From: Thermoplasmatota archaeon
GTDB taxonomy: Archaea > Thermoplasmatota > E2 > JACPAO01 > JAHFTW01
Assembly: GCA_049602735.1 (NCBI GenBank)
Contig: JBMYRW010000005.1
Span: forward strand, 20,604-84,603
Direction of reading: 5' to 3'
Length of the DNA: 64,000 bases
Made by a program: the position numbers and the translations under genes. Positions 1 to 8,895 of the stretch are shown here, one piece after another. Numbering within the stretch: position 1 is the first letter of the stretch; the number at the start of each line of letters is the position of its first letter. A model generated the notes under the pieces. The model saw nothing but the letters and a program-made list of their open reading frames with translations. It had not been told where the DNA came from and did no database searches.

Positions 1-1214
1 TTCCGTTGCAGCTTGCGCTCGAAGCGGTCCGCCTTGCGCAGCGGCTTGTCCACTTTCTTCTGCCAGCCCCGGCGCCAGCGCTCGTAGGCGCGCTCATGGC
101 TAACCACGAGGCGCTCCTTGACGCGCTGGTTCTTGGTCGCCTTCTTGAAGTTGGCATACCAGAGGAGCGACGAACGGTACTCGTCCTCCATCAGGTAGTG
201 GCGCACGACGAACCAGGCCCGTTCGTCCTCCTCCTTGAGGCGGTCCAGGTAGACCTTCTCCACCGGGATGAGCCACGGCTTCTGCGGCTTCCCGAGGATC
301 TCCTCCTCGAGGCGACGCTTGCGGCCGGCCAGGAAGAAGAGCAGGATGATGAGGGCGGCCAGGAGAGCGAGGCCCCAGAAGACCCAGACAGGGTCCAAGT
401 AGCCACCGTTGACCTGGACGCCGATGATGATCGTCTGCGCCGCGTCCTCGTTGCCCGTCGGGAACACCTGGACGGAGAAACTGCACAGCTCAGAGAAGTA
501 CCAAGCCTTGCCCTCGGGCGCCTGGAACGTCACTGTGTATTCGGTCGTCTCCTTGGCGCCCACGATGTTGTTCGTCGTCGTCTGGACGAACAGGTCGCAG
601 GGGTTGTCCCCCACGGCGATGTCGAAACCCTTGGGGACCAGCGCCGTGTTGGTGATCTTGACCGGAACATCGACCACGGTGCGCGGCTTGATGAGGTAGC
701 TGCCGGAGACCTGCGCGTTGAACGCCGCGACGCCCGGCGAATAAGCGACGATCGTGGCCGACGTCTGATGCGTGCCGCCATCCGGGGTCAGGATGGTGAC
801 CGTGAAGTTGACCGTGAAGAAGGGATCGCGGGCCTGGGGGGACGCCTGGATGACCAGCTCGCCCTCGTAGACATCGCCGCCCTGAGTGAAGGCGCCCGGC
901 GGCTTGAAGGCGATCCAACCAGGATCATCCGTGAGCGGCTGCGGATCGAAGTCCACCTGATGCGCGAAGACGCCCGGCAAGGGTTGCGTGCCATCCGGGG
1001 TGTAACTGTTCGGCCCGTCCTTCGACAGGTCGCGGAACGTGAACGGGATGACGCCGTTCTCGTTGACGTCGACGATGATGTTGGGGTTGGGGACCTCCAA
1101 CTCGAAGTTGAAGGCGTTCTGGAAGGGGTACTCGGGGACCGAGGGGGGATCCGGCTCTTGGGCGCTCACCGGTGCCAGGAGCACCAGGAGCATCAACAAG
1201 GCCGTCGTCCGCAT
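1..1214 (-). CDS. Secreted, C-terminally membrane-anchored surface protein (COG1470-like suspected); 3' end runs off the window
   Basis: Own minus-strand translation from ATG at 1214 gives MRTTALLMLLVLLAPVSAQEP (signal peptide). Later comes a TM segment VWVFWGLALLAALIILLFFLAG and a charged tail. The frame is open to position 1, so it is absent from the ORF track. Plus-strand ORF 6..1412 is its antisense shadow. Confidence 0.7.
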   Translation of the reverse strand, partial: MRTTALLMLLVLLAPVSAQEPDPPSVPEYPFQNAFNFELEVPNPNIIVDVNENGVIPFTFRDLSKDGPNSYTPDGTQPLPGVFAHQVDFDPQPLTDDPGWIAFKPPGAFTQGGDVYEGELVIQASPQARDPFFTVNFTVTILTPDGGTHQTSATIVAYSPGVAAFNAQVSGSYLIKPRTVVDVPVKITNTALVPKGFDIAVGDNPCDLFVQTTTNNIVGAKETTEYTVTFQAPEGKAWYFSELCSFSVQVFPTGNEDAAQTIIIGVQVNGGYLDPVWVFWGLALLAALIILLFFLAGRKRRLEEEILGKPQKPWLIPVEKVYLDRLKEEDERAWFVVRHYLMEDEYRSSLLWYANFKKATKNQRVKERLVVSHERAYERWRRGWQKKVDKPLRKADRFERKLQR

Positions 1215-1321
1215 CACAGGAGGTCCACCAGGAGGTCGTTCAAGAAAGCAACGGGAGGAGAGGGGAGGGAAGAAGGTCGGGAAAGAAGGGAAGGGGAGGA
1301 AGGGGCGGTGACCAGGCCACC

Positions 1322-2278
1322 TTACTCTTCGTCGTCGGTGCGACGGCGGGCCAGCATGGCGGCGGCGGCCACGGCACCCAGCAAGGCGACGGGCTCGAAG
1401 CCGGGCACGTAGACACCGCGGACGCGCACCAGCACATTGGCGGTCAGTTCACTGCCCTTCTTCTCGGGGTTGTCGGCCGCTTCCGGCTTGATGGAGAGCG
1501 TGTAGGCGCCTTCCTCGTTGTTCCAGCCGTTCTTGAACGGCGTGGCGACGGTGAAGGTGGCCGTCTGGGTCGTGGCGCCCTGGCCACTGTTGGGGCTCTC
1601 CAGGATGATCACATCGGGCAGGAGGGCGTTCCACTTCTTGCCGCCGGGGCTGTTGAGGATCTCGAAGTTGACCTGCGTACGGGCGTTGCCGAAGTTGGTC
1701 AGTTCGAGTTCGAAGGGCACCTGCTTCTGGGGGCCGGCCTGCTTCAGCTTGGTGGCCACCTTGGCCTGCAGGAGACCGTAGTAGTCAGCGCTCACGGAGA
1801 AGGGGCGCTGGGAGGCGGTGCTGCCCGCGATGAAGGGGTTCACCACGGGGTCGCTCTGGACGGTCACGCTGCACTGGATCTGCTCCAGGCCAGGGGCCGT
1901 GCGCTTGATGGCGACGTTGAAGTTGCCCTCGCCGTTGAAAGCGGCCTGAGGGGGGGCCGCGGAGATGCTGAGCAGCACGGTGCTCGGGCCCGTGATGACC
2001 ACGTAGCTGGGGCACTGGAACTGCATCTTGATGGCGGCCACGGAGTTGACCTGGCCGGCCAGATCGTAGAGCTGGTTGTCCAGCTGGTAGCTGAAGCGCA
2101 CCTTGAAGGCGGGGTTCTCCAGCTCAGGGACAATGGGGGCGCTCGGGACGGTCACATCCGTGACGTCGATCTTGGGCGTGGAGCCGACCTGAGCGTGGGC
2201 ACCCTGGGCCAGCACAAGGGTGGCTGCCAGGACGGCCATGAAGGTCGTGAAGCGGTTCGGGAAGCGCATTTTGGTCAC
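1322..2278 (-). CDS. Secreted surface protein with PGF-CTERM archaeosortase sorting signal
   Basis: Signal peptide MTKMRFPNRFTTFMAVLAATLVLAQGAHA. The C-terminus VPGFEPVALLGAVAAAAMLARRRTDDEE is PGF + hydrophobic helix + basic cluster. Beta-rich body resembles the neighbouring gene. Confidence 0.75.
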   Translation of the reverse strand: MTKMRFPNRFTTFMAVLAATLVLAQGAHAQVGSTPKIDVTDVTVPSAPIVPELENPAFKVRFSYQLDNQLYDLAGQVNSVAAIKMQFQCPSYVVITGPSTVLLSISAAPPQAAFNGEGNFNVAIKRTAPGLEQIQCSVTVQSDPVVNPFIAGSTASQRPFSVSADYYGLLQAKVATKLKQAGPQKQVPFELELTNFGNARTQVNFEILNSPGGKKWNALLPDVIILESPNSGQGATTQTATFTVATPFKNGWNNEEGAYTLSIKPEAADNPEKKGSELTANVLVRVRGVYVPGFEPVALLGAVAAAAMLARRRTDDEE

Positions 2279-2420
2279 CTTGACGTGCCGTCGGTGGCTT
2301 TGTTCAGGAGGGCCTGAAACCTGCCACCTTCAACAAACCTGAACGACCCAGGCCTTAATCATAAGGGTTCTGGTCGCAGTCTTTGACCAAAGGGGTCCCC
2401 ACTCCTGTTGGACGGCCCCC

Positions 2421-3230
2421 GTGGGAGCCCAACAGGCCAAGCCTGATGAAGGCGATGGAGGTGGCCGCCGCATGGATTCCAAGGTGGTCCTTGTGGCCGC
2501 CGCGTTCGCCGCGGTGGGCCTGGCTGGTTGTACGACGGGCTCGGACGATGTGAGCCTCGAACTGTCGCTTTCGGGGCTGCCGACGTTGGCGGTCCTGGGC
2601 AAGGACATCCCGGTCACGCTGACGGCCAGTGGCGACGCCACGTCCGACCACGTCGGTGCCCATTTCTGGTCCAGCCAGGTGGCCGATCCCACGGCGTCGT
2701 TCGAACAGCGTGCCGGCAACTGCGAGCACCCAGCGGGTCCGCACACCCTGCCCGGTCAACTGTCCATCACCTGCAACTTCACGGAGCTGGGTGTCTTCTA
2801 CGTGTACGCCCACGCCCGCGTGAACGAGGATGGCGAGGATGTCAACTTCTGGGGCCCTGGCCAGATGGTGGAAGTGGTATTGGGCCCTGACAGCTACGTG
2901 CTCTCGGCGGCCAACCCCACCTTCGCCGGCGGCAGCAGCGGCGCCTTCGACCTCGTGATTGAGGGTCCTTCCGGCTCCAGCGGCCACATCGGCGCCCATT
3001 ACTGGAACGACAGCACGGACGACCCGGACGCTGACTTCGGCGCCCAGGCCGGTGCCTGCACCCACGTCGACGGCGTCCAGAGCCTGCCGGGTACGTTCGG
3101 CGTCACCTGTGAATTCCCTGGTGACGGTATCTACTACCTGCGCGGCCACCTGCGCGTCGAGGTCGGCGACCGGACGCACGACTACTGGACCGAAGAGACG
3201 ATGGTCCAGGTGGGCGACCCGACCGCCTAG
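2421..3230 (+). CDS. Lipoprotein with two tandem His/Cys-containing domains (likely start ATG 2472)
   Basis: Lipobox VGLAGC after MDSKVVLVAAAFAA. Internal duplication: HVGAHFW..C.HP.G...LPG....C.F...G.FYVY.H.RV versus HIGAHYW..C.HV.G...LPG....C.F...G.YYLR.H.RV. Confidence 0.7.
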   Translation: MGAQQAKPDEGDGGGRRMDSKVVLVAAAFAAVGLAGCTTGSDDVSLELSLSGLPTLAVLGKDIPVTLTASGDATSDHVGAHFWSSQVADPTASFEQRAGNCEHPAGPHTLPGQLSITCNFTELGVFYVYAHARVNEDGEDVNFWGPGQMVEVVLGPDSYVLSAANPTFAGGSSGAFDLVIEGPSGSSGHIGAHYWNDSTDDPDADFGAQAGACTHVDGVQSLPGTFGVTCEFPGDGIYYLRGHLRVEVGDRTHDYWTEETMVQVGDPTA

Positions 3231-3290
3231 GCGGGGCCGCACGAGAACAGAAGCAAGAGAAGGAAGGAAGAGGGTTGCTCCAGGCGTGTC

Positions 3291-3506
3291 CTACGGGACG
3301 CGCTTGGGGTGGCAAGGTTCCTGCACGCAGGTGATCTTGATCTTGCAGTCCGAGTCGCTGCCGATCACACAGGGCAGCAGCGGGCCGCAGGGCTCGCGCA
3401 CGCACACGGGGGGCGCGGGACGGGCCTCGGCATCGTCCACCGTCAGACCGACGGGAAGCAGCAACAGCGCAGATACAGCCAGAATCGACCAGTTCATGGG
3501 TTTCAC
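3291..3506 (-). CDS. Small secreted cysteine-rich protein (alternative start ATG 3497)
   Basis: Signal-like MNWSILAVSALLLLPVGLTVDDAEA, then about 45 aa with 6 Cys (PPVCVREPCGPLLPCVIGSDSDCKIKITCVQEPCHP). No family recognised. Confidence 0.5.
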   Translation of the reverse strand: MKPMNWSILAVSALLLLPVGLTVDDAEARPAPPVCVREPCGPLLPCVIGSDSDCKIKITCVQEPCHPKRVP

Positions 3507-3588
3507 CCGCAGGTGACGCCGCGGGCACCTCCTTGGCTGTTGTGGTGTGTCCGGTCCCGAAGGGCCGCGCGCACCGGGCTATGGTCGC

Positions 3589-4713
3589 CTATTGCAGGAT
3601 GCCCATCTCGCCCAGCTTCTCCGGCAGGTACGTGTCGGTCACGAAGTCGAGGCCGTACTTGGCGAGCGCCTGCTGTTCGCTCTTCTTGCCCAGTTGCAGC
3701 TGGAACTCGATCTCGCCCTTCCAGAAGTCGTCCTCGAAGCGCGGGTCCTGTAGCTCTGACTTGAGCGCCGCCACGTCCTTGTCGGTCAGCTTGTCGTTGG
3801 GCAGTTCGTAGTTGACGATGTCGCTGGGGGTGACGCCCAGGTACTGCGCCGTGGGCGTGGCAAGGTACTCACTGATGTGGGCGGTCTTGATGGCGCCGTA
3901 GGCAACACTCGCGAAGATGCGGTACGACCACGGGTCGCCGTCCGTGAAGACCACGACCGGCAGGCCGGCCTCTTCGTTAAGGCGCTTGAGCAGGCGACGG
4001 GTGCTGCGAGCCGGTTGGCCCTTCAGGTGCACGAGCGCCGCGTTGGCGCTGGAGTCGAACTGGTTCTCGGCCAGACGGGCGAACATACCGCCCGTCTCGA
4101 TGGCGATGACGAAGTCGGCGTTGACGTCCTTGAAGCTGAGACGGTCCGGCTCCACGTTGTAGGGGATGTTGTAGCCGGCGTCGCCCACGTCGTCCTGGCA
4201 GTGGATCGTGCGGCGGCTGCCGGTGCGCGTGGTCTCCACGACCTTCAGGTCGCCGATCATGGCGGCGCCGTTCTCTTCCGGCCGCAGCTTGAAGTCCTCA
4301 CGCATGCGGCCGGTCATGACCTCCAGGTCCTCGGCCAGGCCGTCCGACTCCGACTGGGCGTGGAACTTGCCCAGGTCCCAACCCTCGGAGATGTAGTACA
4401 TCTCACGAAGGGTGGACGACTTCTGGGTGGCCACCATGTCCTTGATGAACTCGGACATGTACATGGTGCGAAGCAGCATGTAGGCGCCGTCGAGCTTGTT
4501 GGCGCTGCGGGTGGTGAGCCCGTCGCCGTACTTCCAGACGCGGTGCATCTCGTCGAAAACGATGTTGCCCTTGTTGCGGCTGGAGAGCTGCAACTGCGGG
4601 ATGTCGGCGGCCTTGAGGTGGCCGTAGATCTGCTTGGCGATGCCGTCCATCGCCTTGGTGGCGGCCGCTTCGCGTTGCTTCTTGGTCAGGGGCTTGCCGG
4701 CGGCCGGGCTCAT
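3589..4713 (-). CDS. top6A: DNA topoisomerase VI subunit A (Spo11-like)
   Basis: Motifs [25 protein letters not shown] and [13 protein letters not shown]. Lies directly downstream of top6B. ATG at 4713 preferred over the track's TTG at 4770. Confidence 0.9.
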   Translation of the reverse strand: MSPAAGKPLTKKQREAAATKAMDGIAKQIYGHLKAADIPQLQLSSRNKGNIVFDEMHRVWKYGDGLTTRSANKLDGAYMLLRTMYMSEFIKDMVATQKSSTLREMYYISEGWDLGKFHAQSESDGLAEDLEVMTGRMREDFKLRPEENGAAMIGDLKVVETTRTGSRRTIHCQDDVGDAGYNIPYNVEPDRLSFKDVNADFVIAIETGGMFARLAENQFDSSANAALVHLKGQPARSTRRLLKRLNEEAGLPVVVFTDGDPWSYRIFASVAYGAIKTAHISEYLATPTAQYLGVTPSDIVNYELPNDKLTDKDVAALKSELQDPRFEDDFWKGEIEFQLQLGKKSEQQALAKYGLDFVTDTYLPEKLGEMGILQ

Positions 4714-4786
4714 GCTTCGCCTCCATGCCAGGGATCCTCGTCCGGTCGTGCAAGCACGACCGGAGTCCAATCCCTGTCGCTCCAGC

Positions 4787-6814
4787 TCATGTTTCGCCTC
4801 CGTGCCAGGGATCTGCCCCCACGACAGCGAGTTCGTTGATGCCTTCCACGTAGGTCTCCAGGTCGTCCAGGTCGCCGCGGCCGATGCCGGCCACCTGGAG
4901 CTTGATCTCCAGGCGCTCCGTCGGCTTCAGGCTGGGGACGTCCCAGGCGACGTAGCGGGCCTTCACCTGTTTCGGCTTCGGCTCCGCTTCCGCCACGACG
5001 GCGCCCTCGGGCAGCACCGCGAAGAGGCGGAACCTGCTCTGTTTCAGCTTGTAGTTGGTGATGGGGATGGTCGCCGTGCCCAGGTAGGCCTGCTTGGGCT
5101 TGGGCGGCGGCGGGGGAGGGGCTGCGTCCTCGGCGATCTCTTCAGGCTCTGGCTCGGCGAACGTTTCCAGGGTCGGCGCGACCTCCACGATGGGGCTCGG
5201 CGGCGGGGCGCTGCTGAGCATCTGGCCCTCCAGCTTCTCGTAGGTCGCCTCCGGGTCGTCGATCCAGACCACGTCCATGATCTTGCAGACGACGGGAGCC
5301 AGGTCCGCTTCCGGTTTGCCCAGCATGGCGGCCGACTTCTTGTTGATCTCCGGGAGGATCTTGGTGACGAGGGTGAACTTCTCGGACACCTTGGCCCGCT
5401 TGGCCTTCTTCTTCAGGTGACGACCGAGGCCACGGGCGGCCTCCTGAAGGGCAAGGCGGATCTCCTTGTGGATCGCCTCCATGGTGGCGATCGCCTCCTT
5501 CGCCTCACTGGTGAACGGGACCTTCGTCGAGGCGACGTGGACGAGGACGATGGCGGGGCCGTTGGGGATGCCCTTGCCGCCGCGCTGCTCCAGGCCGTAG
5601 CGGCGCCAATCCACGTCCTGGATGCCGGCCGTGCCACCGCAGCCGCCCTGCTGGTACAGGAGGGGGACACGGTTGGCGAAGCGCAGCACGCGCACCGACT
5701 GGTCCTTGGGCAGGCTGCCACCATAGACGACGCCCACCTCCACCTGGAACGGGTGGCCACCCCACACTGCCGGCGGCCGGGTGACCGTCGTGATGTACTC
5801 GGGGCTCACGTCCTCCGTCTCCTTCTTCAGGCCGCGGCGGACCAGGGCCTCGCCGATGGGGCTCAGGCAGTCCGTGGGTGGCGCCATGATCTTGACCTTC
5901 TCGAAGGCGGCGTGCAGCTTGCGCGCCTCGTCGCGGCTGAGGTCCTTGGGGCTGATGTTGGGGACGTCCGCCTTGGCGAGGATCTTCTTGGCGGAGTCGG
6001 CACCGACGCTGCTGAACTCCTTCTGAAGGAACGTGGTGAGCTTGCGGTACTCGCTGGCGTGGGCCATCTTCAGGATGGTGCCCAGCTCCGTGCCCAGCGG
6101 GTGCGGCTTGATCTCCTGGGTCTTCTCCGGCACCTCGTCGCTGGCGCGGTCGAACAGGGTGCGCGTGCCCTGGGGGTCCGTGAAGGTGATCTTGGCGTGG
6201 GGGTTGACGATGGAGGTGGAGCGCAGGTACTCGAAGACCGACTGCTTGCCGCCCTGGTAGCGCCCCTTCAGGTTCACCTCGATGCGGGTGCCGTGGTCCT
6301 TCTCCCAGTGGTCCACGCGGGTGTCATGGATGACCGAGCGGTTGCCCTTGGTGTCGATGCCCAGCTCCATGGTGACCGCCGGGTGGCCGTGGCCGATCTT
6401 GCTGGTCACCACCGCGTGATGGCCGGTGGTGATCTGGCCGTACAGCACCACCGCGGAGATGCCGATGCCCTGCTGGCCGCGGCTCTGCCGGATGGCGTGG
6501 AAACGGCTGCCGTACAGGAGGCGGGCGAAGATGTTGGGCATCTGGCGCTTGATGATGCCGGGGCCGTTGTCCTCCACGATGAGGGTGAACTCGTCCTTGT
6601 GCTCCGTCGGGCGCAGCTCGATGTCCAGGTCGGGCAGGATGCTGGCTTCCTCACAGGCATCCAGCGCGTTGTCGACGGCCTCCTTGACCGAGGTGATCAG
6701 CGCCTTGGTGGGGCTGTCGAAGCCGAGGATCTGCCGGTTGCGCTCGAAGAACTCGGCGACGCTGATCTCCTTCTGGCCCGCCGCCAGCTTCTGCGCGGTG
6801 GTCTGGCCGGCCAT
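4787..6814 (-). CDS. top6B: DNA topoisomerase VI subunit B (GHKL ATPase) with long C-terminal extension
   Basis: N-terminus [42 protein letters not shown] and [10 protein letters not shown] match the Bergerat fold. ATG at 6814. Confidence 0.93.
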   Translation of the reverse strand: MAGQTTAQKLAAGQKEISVAEFFERNRQILGFDSPTKALITSVKEAVDNALDACEEASILPDLDIELRPTEHKDEFTLIVEDNGPGIIKRQMPNIFARLLYGSRFHAIRQSRGQQGIGISAVVLYGQITTGHHAVVTSKIGHGHPAVTMELGIDTKGNRSVIHDTRVDHWEKDHGTRIEVNLKGRYQGGKQSVFEYLRSTSIVNPHAKITFTDPQGTRTLFDRASDEVPEKTQEIKPHPLGTELGTILKMAHASEYRKLTTFLQKEFSSVGADSAKKILAKADVPNISPKDLSRDEARKLHAAFEKVKIMAPPTDCLSPIGEALVRRGLKKETEDVSPEYITTVTRPPAVWGGHPFQVEVGVVYGGSLPKDQSVRVLRFANRVPLLYQQGGCGGTAGIQDVDWRRYGLEQRGGKGIPNGPAIVLVHVASTKVPFTSEAKEAIATMEAIHKEIRLALQEAARGLGRHLKKKAKRAKVSEKFTLVTKILPEINKKSAAMLGKPEADLAPVVCKIMDVVWIDDPEATYEKLEGQMLSSAPPPSPIVEVAPTLETFAEPEPEEIAEDAAPPPPPPKPKQAYLGTATIPITNYKLKQSRFRLFAVLPEGAVVAEAEPKPKQVKARYVAWDVPSLKPTERLEIKLQVAGIGRGDLDDLETYVEGINELAVVGADPWHGGET

Positions 6815-6949
6815 CAGTCGCTCTCCCGTCGTCGCTGCCGCTGTCCACTAGGCGTCTGCATCCCGGCCCGCCGAGCCCTACGCCGGTTCTAAACGGTGCT
6901 GGCTCGGGTCGGTCGGAGCGCCTCGCCACGCTGACGGTGCGGTCCGGCA

Positions 6950-8011
6950 TCAGGCGGTCAGGCCCACGTCGATGACCGGCGTGTCGATGGCGTCGCCGAA
7001 GCGGATGAACCGGTTGAAGCGGCTGCCGAGGTTCCAATGGCTGGCCAGGTACTCGTCCGGGTCGGGGCTGGCGTCGAAGTAGTCGTCGTGGCCGCAGTCC
7101 CAGACCTGTTGGCCGCACCGGTTGTTGGTGTAACGGTGGCTCTGGGGCCCTCCGTCCCGGTAGCACATGATGTCACGGCCGTCGGTGCAGTGGCCGGCGC
7201 CGGTGGTGTGGGGGGCGCTCATCTGGACGGCGCCCATGTTGTGCCCGAGTTCATGGAGCATGATGCGGGCCGAGTCGTAGCCGAACGTGATGGCGTAGGC
7301 GGTGAACAGGAAACCGTTGTTGAGGTTGGCCGGCGTCGGGGTGTCATCGAGGATCAGGTTGCCCATGCCGCCGCAGCTGCAGGCGCCACGGTCGTCGTAG
7401 AAGATCCAGTGGCGGGCGCCGGCGTCGCCGAAGCCCATGTCGCGCAGGTCGCTGGCGATGGAGTTGAAGCCGGCGGCCGCGCGGTCGGTGGGCAGCACCG
7501 CTTCGTGGACCAGCACGCGATCGTTGGCGCATTCGACCTTCAAGGCGGCCTTGCCGTCGGTGGCCGCGCCGGAGAGGTGCACCATGCCGTTGGCCGTGTT
7601 GACCATGTTCAGGATGCGGGGTTTCCAGGCAGCGTAGCCGTCGGCGTCGTCGTGGGCGCGGGCGTAGATGACCACGGCGCGCGGTTCCACGTCGTACGGG
7701 ATGCTGCGGTCGACGCAGTAGGGTTCCCGCTGGATGCCGGGCAGCCAACGCGTCACGTCCTGGGGGTCGGGGATCGGGTCCTGTCCGTGGCTCCAGCCGA
7801 GGAAGTCGCCTGCTTCGTCGAAGAGCTGCAGTATGCCGTCGGCCTGGCGGCAGGCACGGCCGATGCCGTCCAGGCGGGCCACATCGGGACAGGCCGGTGC
7901 TTCCGCCTCAGGGAGGACGCTGGGCGCCGCATCGGCGGCGGGCACCAGGGAGAGACCGGAAGTGGCAGAGAGCAGGGCTAGGAAGGCTAGGCCAGCCAGC
8001 AGGGACCGCAT
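6950..8011 (-). CDS. Secreted zinc metalloprotease (zincin, HExxH)
   Basis: Signal peptide MRSLLAGLAFLALLSATSGLSLVPAADA. Active-site-like MLHELGHNMGAV followed by a Cys-rich GHCTDGRDIMCY (Met-turn-like). Confidence 0.8.
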   Translation of the reverse strand: MRSLLAGLAFLALLSATSGLSLVPAADAAPSVLPEAEAPACPDVARLDGIGRACRQADGILQLFDEAGDFLGWSHGQDPIPDPQDVTRWLPGIQREPYCVDRSIPYDVEPRAVVIYARAHDDADGYAAWKPRILNMVNTANGMVHLSGAATDGKAALKVECANDRVLVHEAVLPTDRAAAGFNSIASDLRDMGFGDAGARHWIFYDDRGACSCGGMGNLILDDTPTPANLNNGFLFTAYAITFGYDSARIMLHELGHNMGAVQMSAPHTTGAGHCTDGRDIMCYRDGGPQSHRYTNNRCGQQVWDCGHDDYFDASPDPDEYLASHWNLGSRFNRFIRFGDAIDTPVIDVGLTA

Positions 8012-8086
8012 CAGGTGGCCAGCAAGCCACGCTTAGAAAACCGTCTCGCCCGGCATCCCTATGCGGGCGCGTGCCTCTGCGCGGCC

Positions 8087-8800
8087 ATGTCGTCCGAGGT
8101 GTGGTTGCCATCGGATCAGCTCGCCAGCGCCCTCAAGGTGCTCGGGTCGCCGACGCGACTCCAGGTCCTGGCTGCCCTGAAGCTGCCCCGCCCGCTGCGG
8201 GAGTTGCGGGTGACGCCCCAGGATGACCGCGCCGGCAGCAGCCCGGATCGCCCGATCGCGCTGACGGCGGTCCAGAAGCACATCCGCCTCCTGGAGAAGC
8301 ATGGCCTGGTCCGGGGGGACGACGAGCCCCGCGGGCGGCGCTACGTGGTGGACCGGCCGCGCCTGTATGCACTGGCTGAGGCGGTCTCCCAGTTGGCGGC
8401 GCTCTCCGGGGACCATCGCTTGGCCGGCGACCGTACCATCGCGTTGGATGCGGCTTCGGCACCCGAGGCCCCTGCTGGCCCTCGCCTGACCCTGGTGCGT
8501 GGCGCGTATGAGGGGCGCTCCTACGCTTTGGAGGAGGCCAGCAGCAGGGACGGAGGGGATACCTGGGAGCTGGGCCGCGCCCCGGACGTGGCGGTCAGCC
8601 TCGACTACGACCCCTACGTGAGCCGCCGCCACGCCGTCATCGAACGCACGGGCACCGCCTACGCGGTCAGGGACCTGCAGACGAGCCGCAACGGCACACA
8701 GGTCAACTGGTCCTGGCTCGAGGGTCCGGCGCCCCATGCGCTCCGGCCCGGTGATGTCCTTGGCGTCGGCCGGTCGTTCCTGGTCTTTGCAGATGGATGA
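8087..8800 (+). CDS. Winged-helix (ArsR-like) DNA-binding domain fused to a C-terminal FHA domain
   Basis: LKVLGSPTRLQVLAAL...AVQKHIRLLEKHGLV is wHTH-like. The C-terminus GRAPDVAVSLDYDPYVSRRHAVIERTGTAYAVRDLQTSRNGTQVN...L.PGDVLGVG is FHA. ATG at 8087 chosen. Confidence 0.8.
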   Translation: MSSEVWLPSDQLASALKVLGSPTRLQVLAALKLPRPLRELRVTPQDDRAGSSPDRPIALTAVQKHIRLLEKHGLVRGDDEPRGRRYVVDRPRLYALAEAVSQLAALSGDHRLAGDRTIALDAASAPEAPAGPRLTLVRGAYEGRSYALEEASSRDGGDTWELGRAPDVAVSLDYDPYVSRRHAVIERTGTAYAVRDLQTSRNGTQVNWSWLEGPAPHALRPGDVLGVGRSFLVFADG

Positions 8801-8895
8801 ACTTGAATCGGCCCGGTTCATGATATTAGAACCTTGGCCACCACTTGGTGGGAAAAACAGGTCGGTGGAGTCGGACGTCAACGGGTGTGATCGTC

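Noticed and set aside
6-1412. 468-aa plus-strand ORF at the window start
   Set aside because: Arg/Gly/Asp-rich low-complexity translation with no motifs. It is antisense to a well-formed signal-peptide/TM protein on the minus strand, which is typical high-GC shadow-ORF behaviour.
4634-6892. 752-aa plus-strand ORF
   Set aside because: Antisense shadow of top6B, whose translation carries unmistakable GHKL/Top6B motifs.
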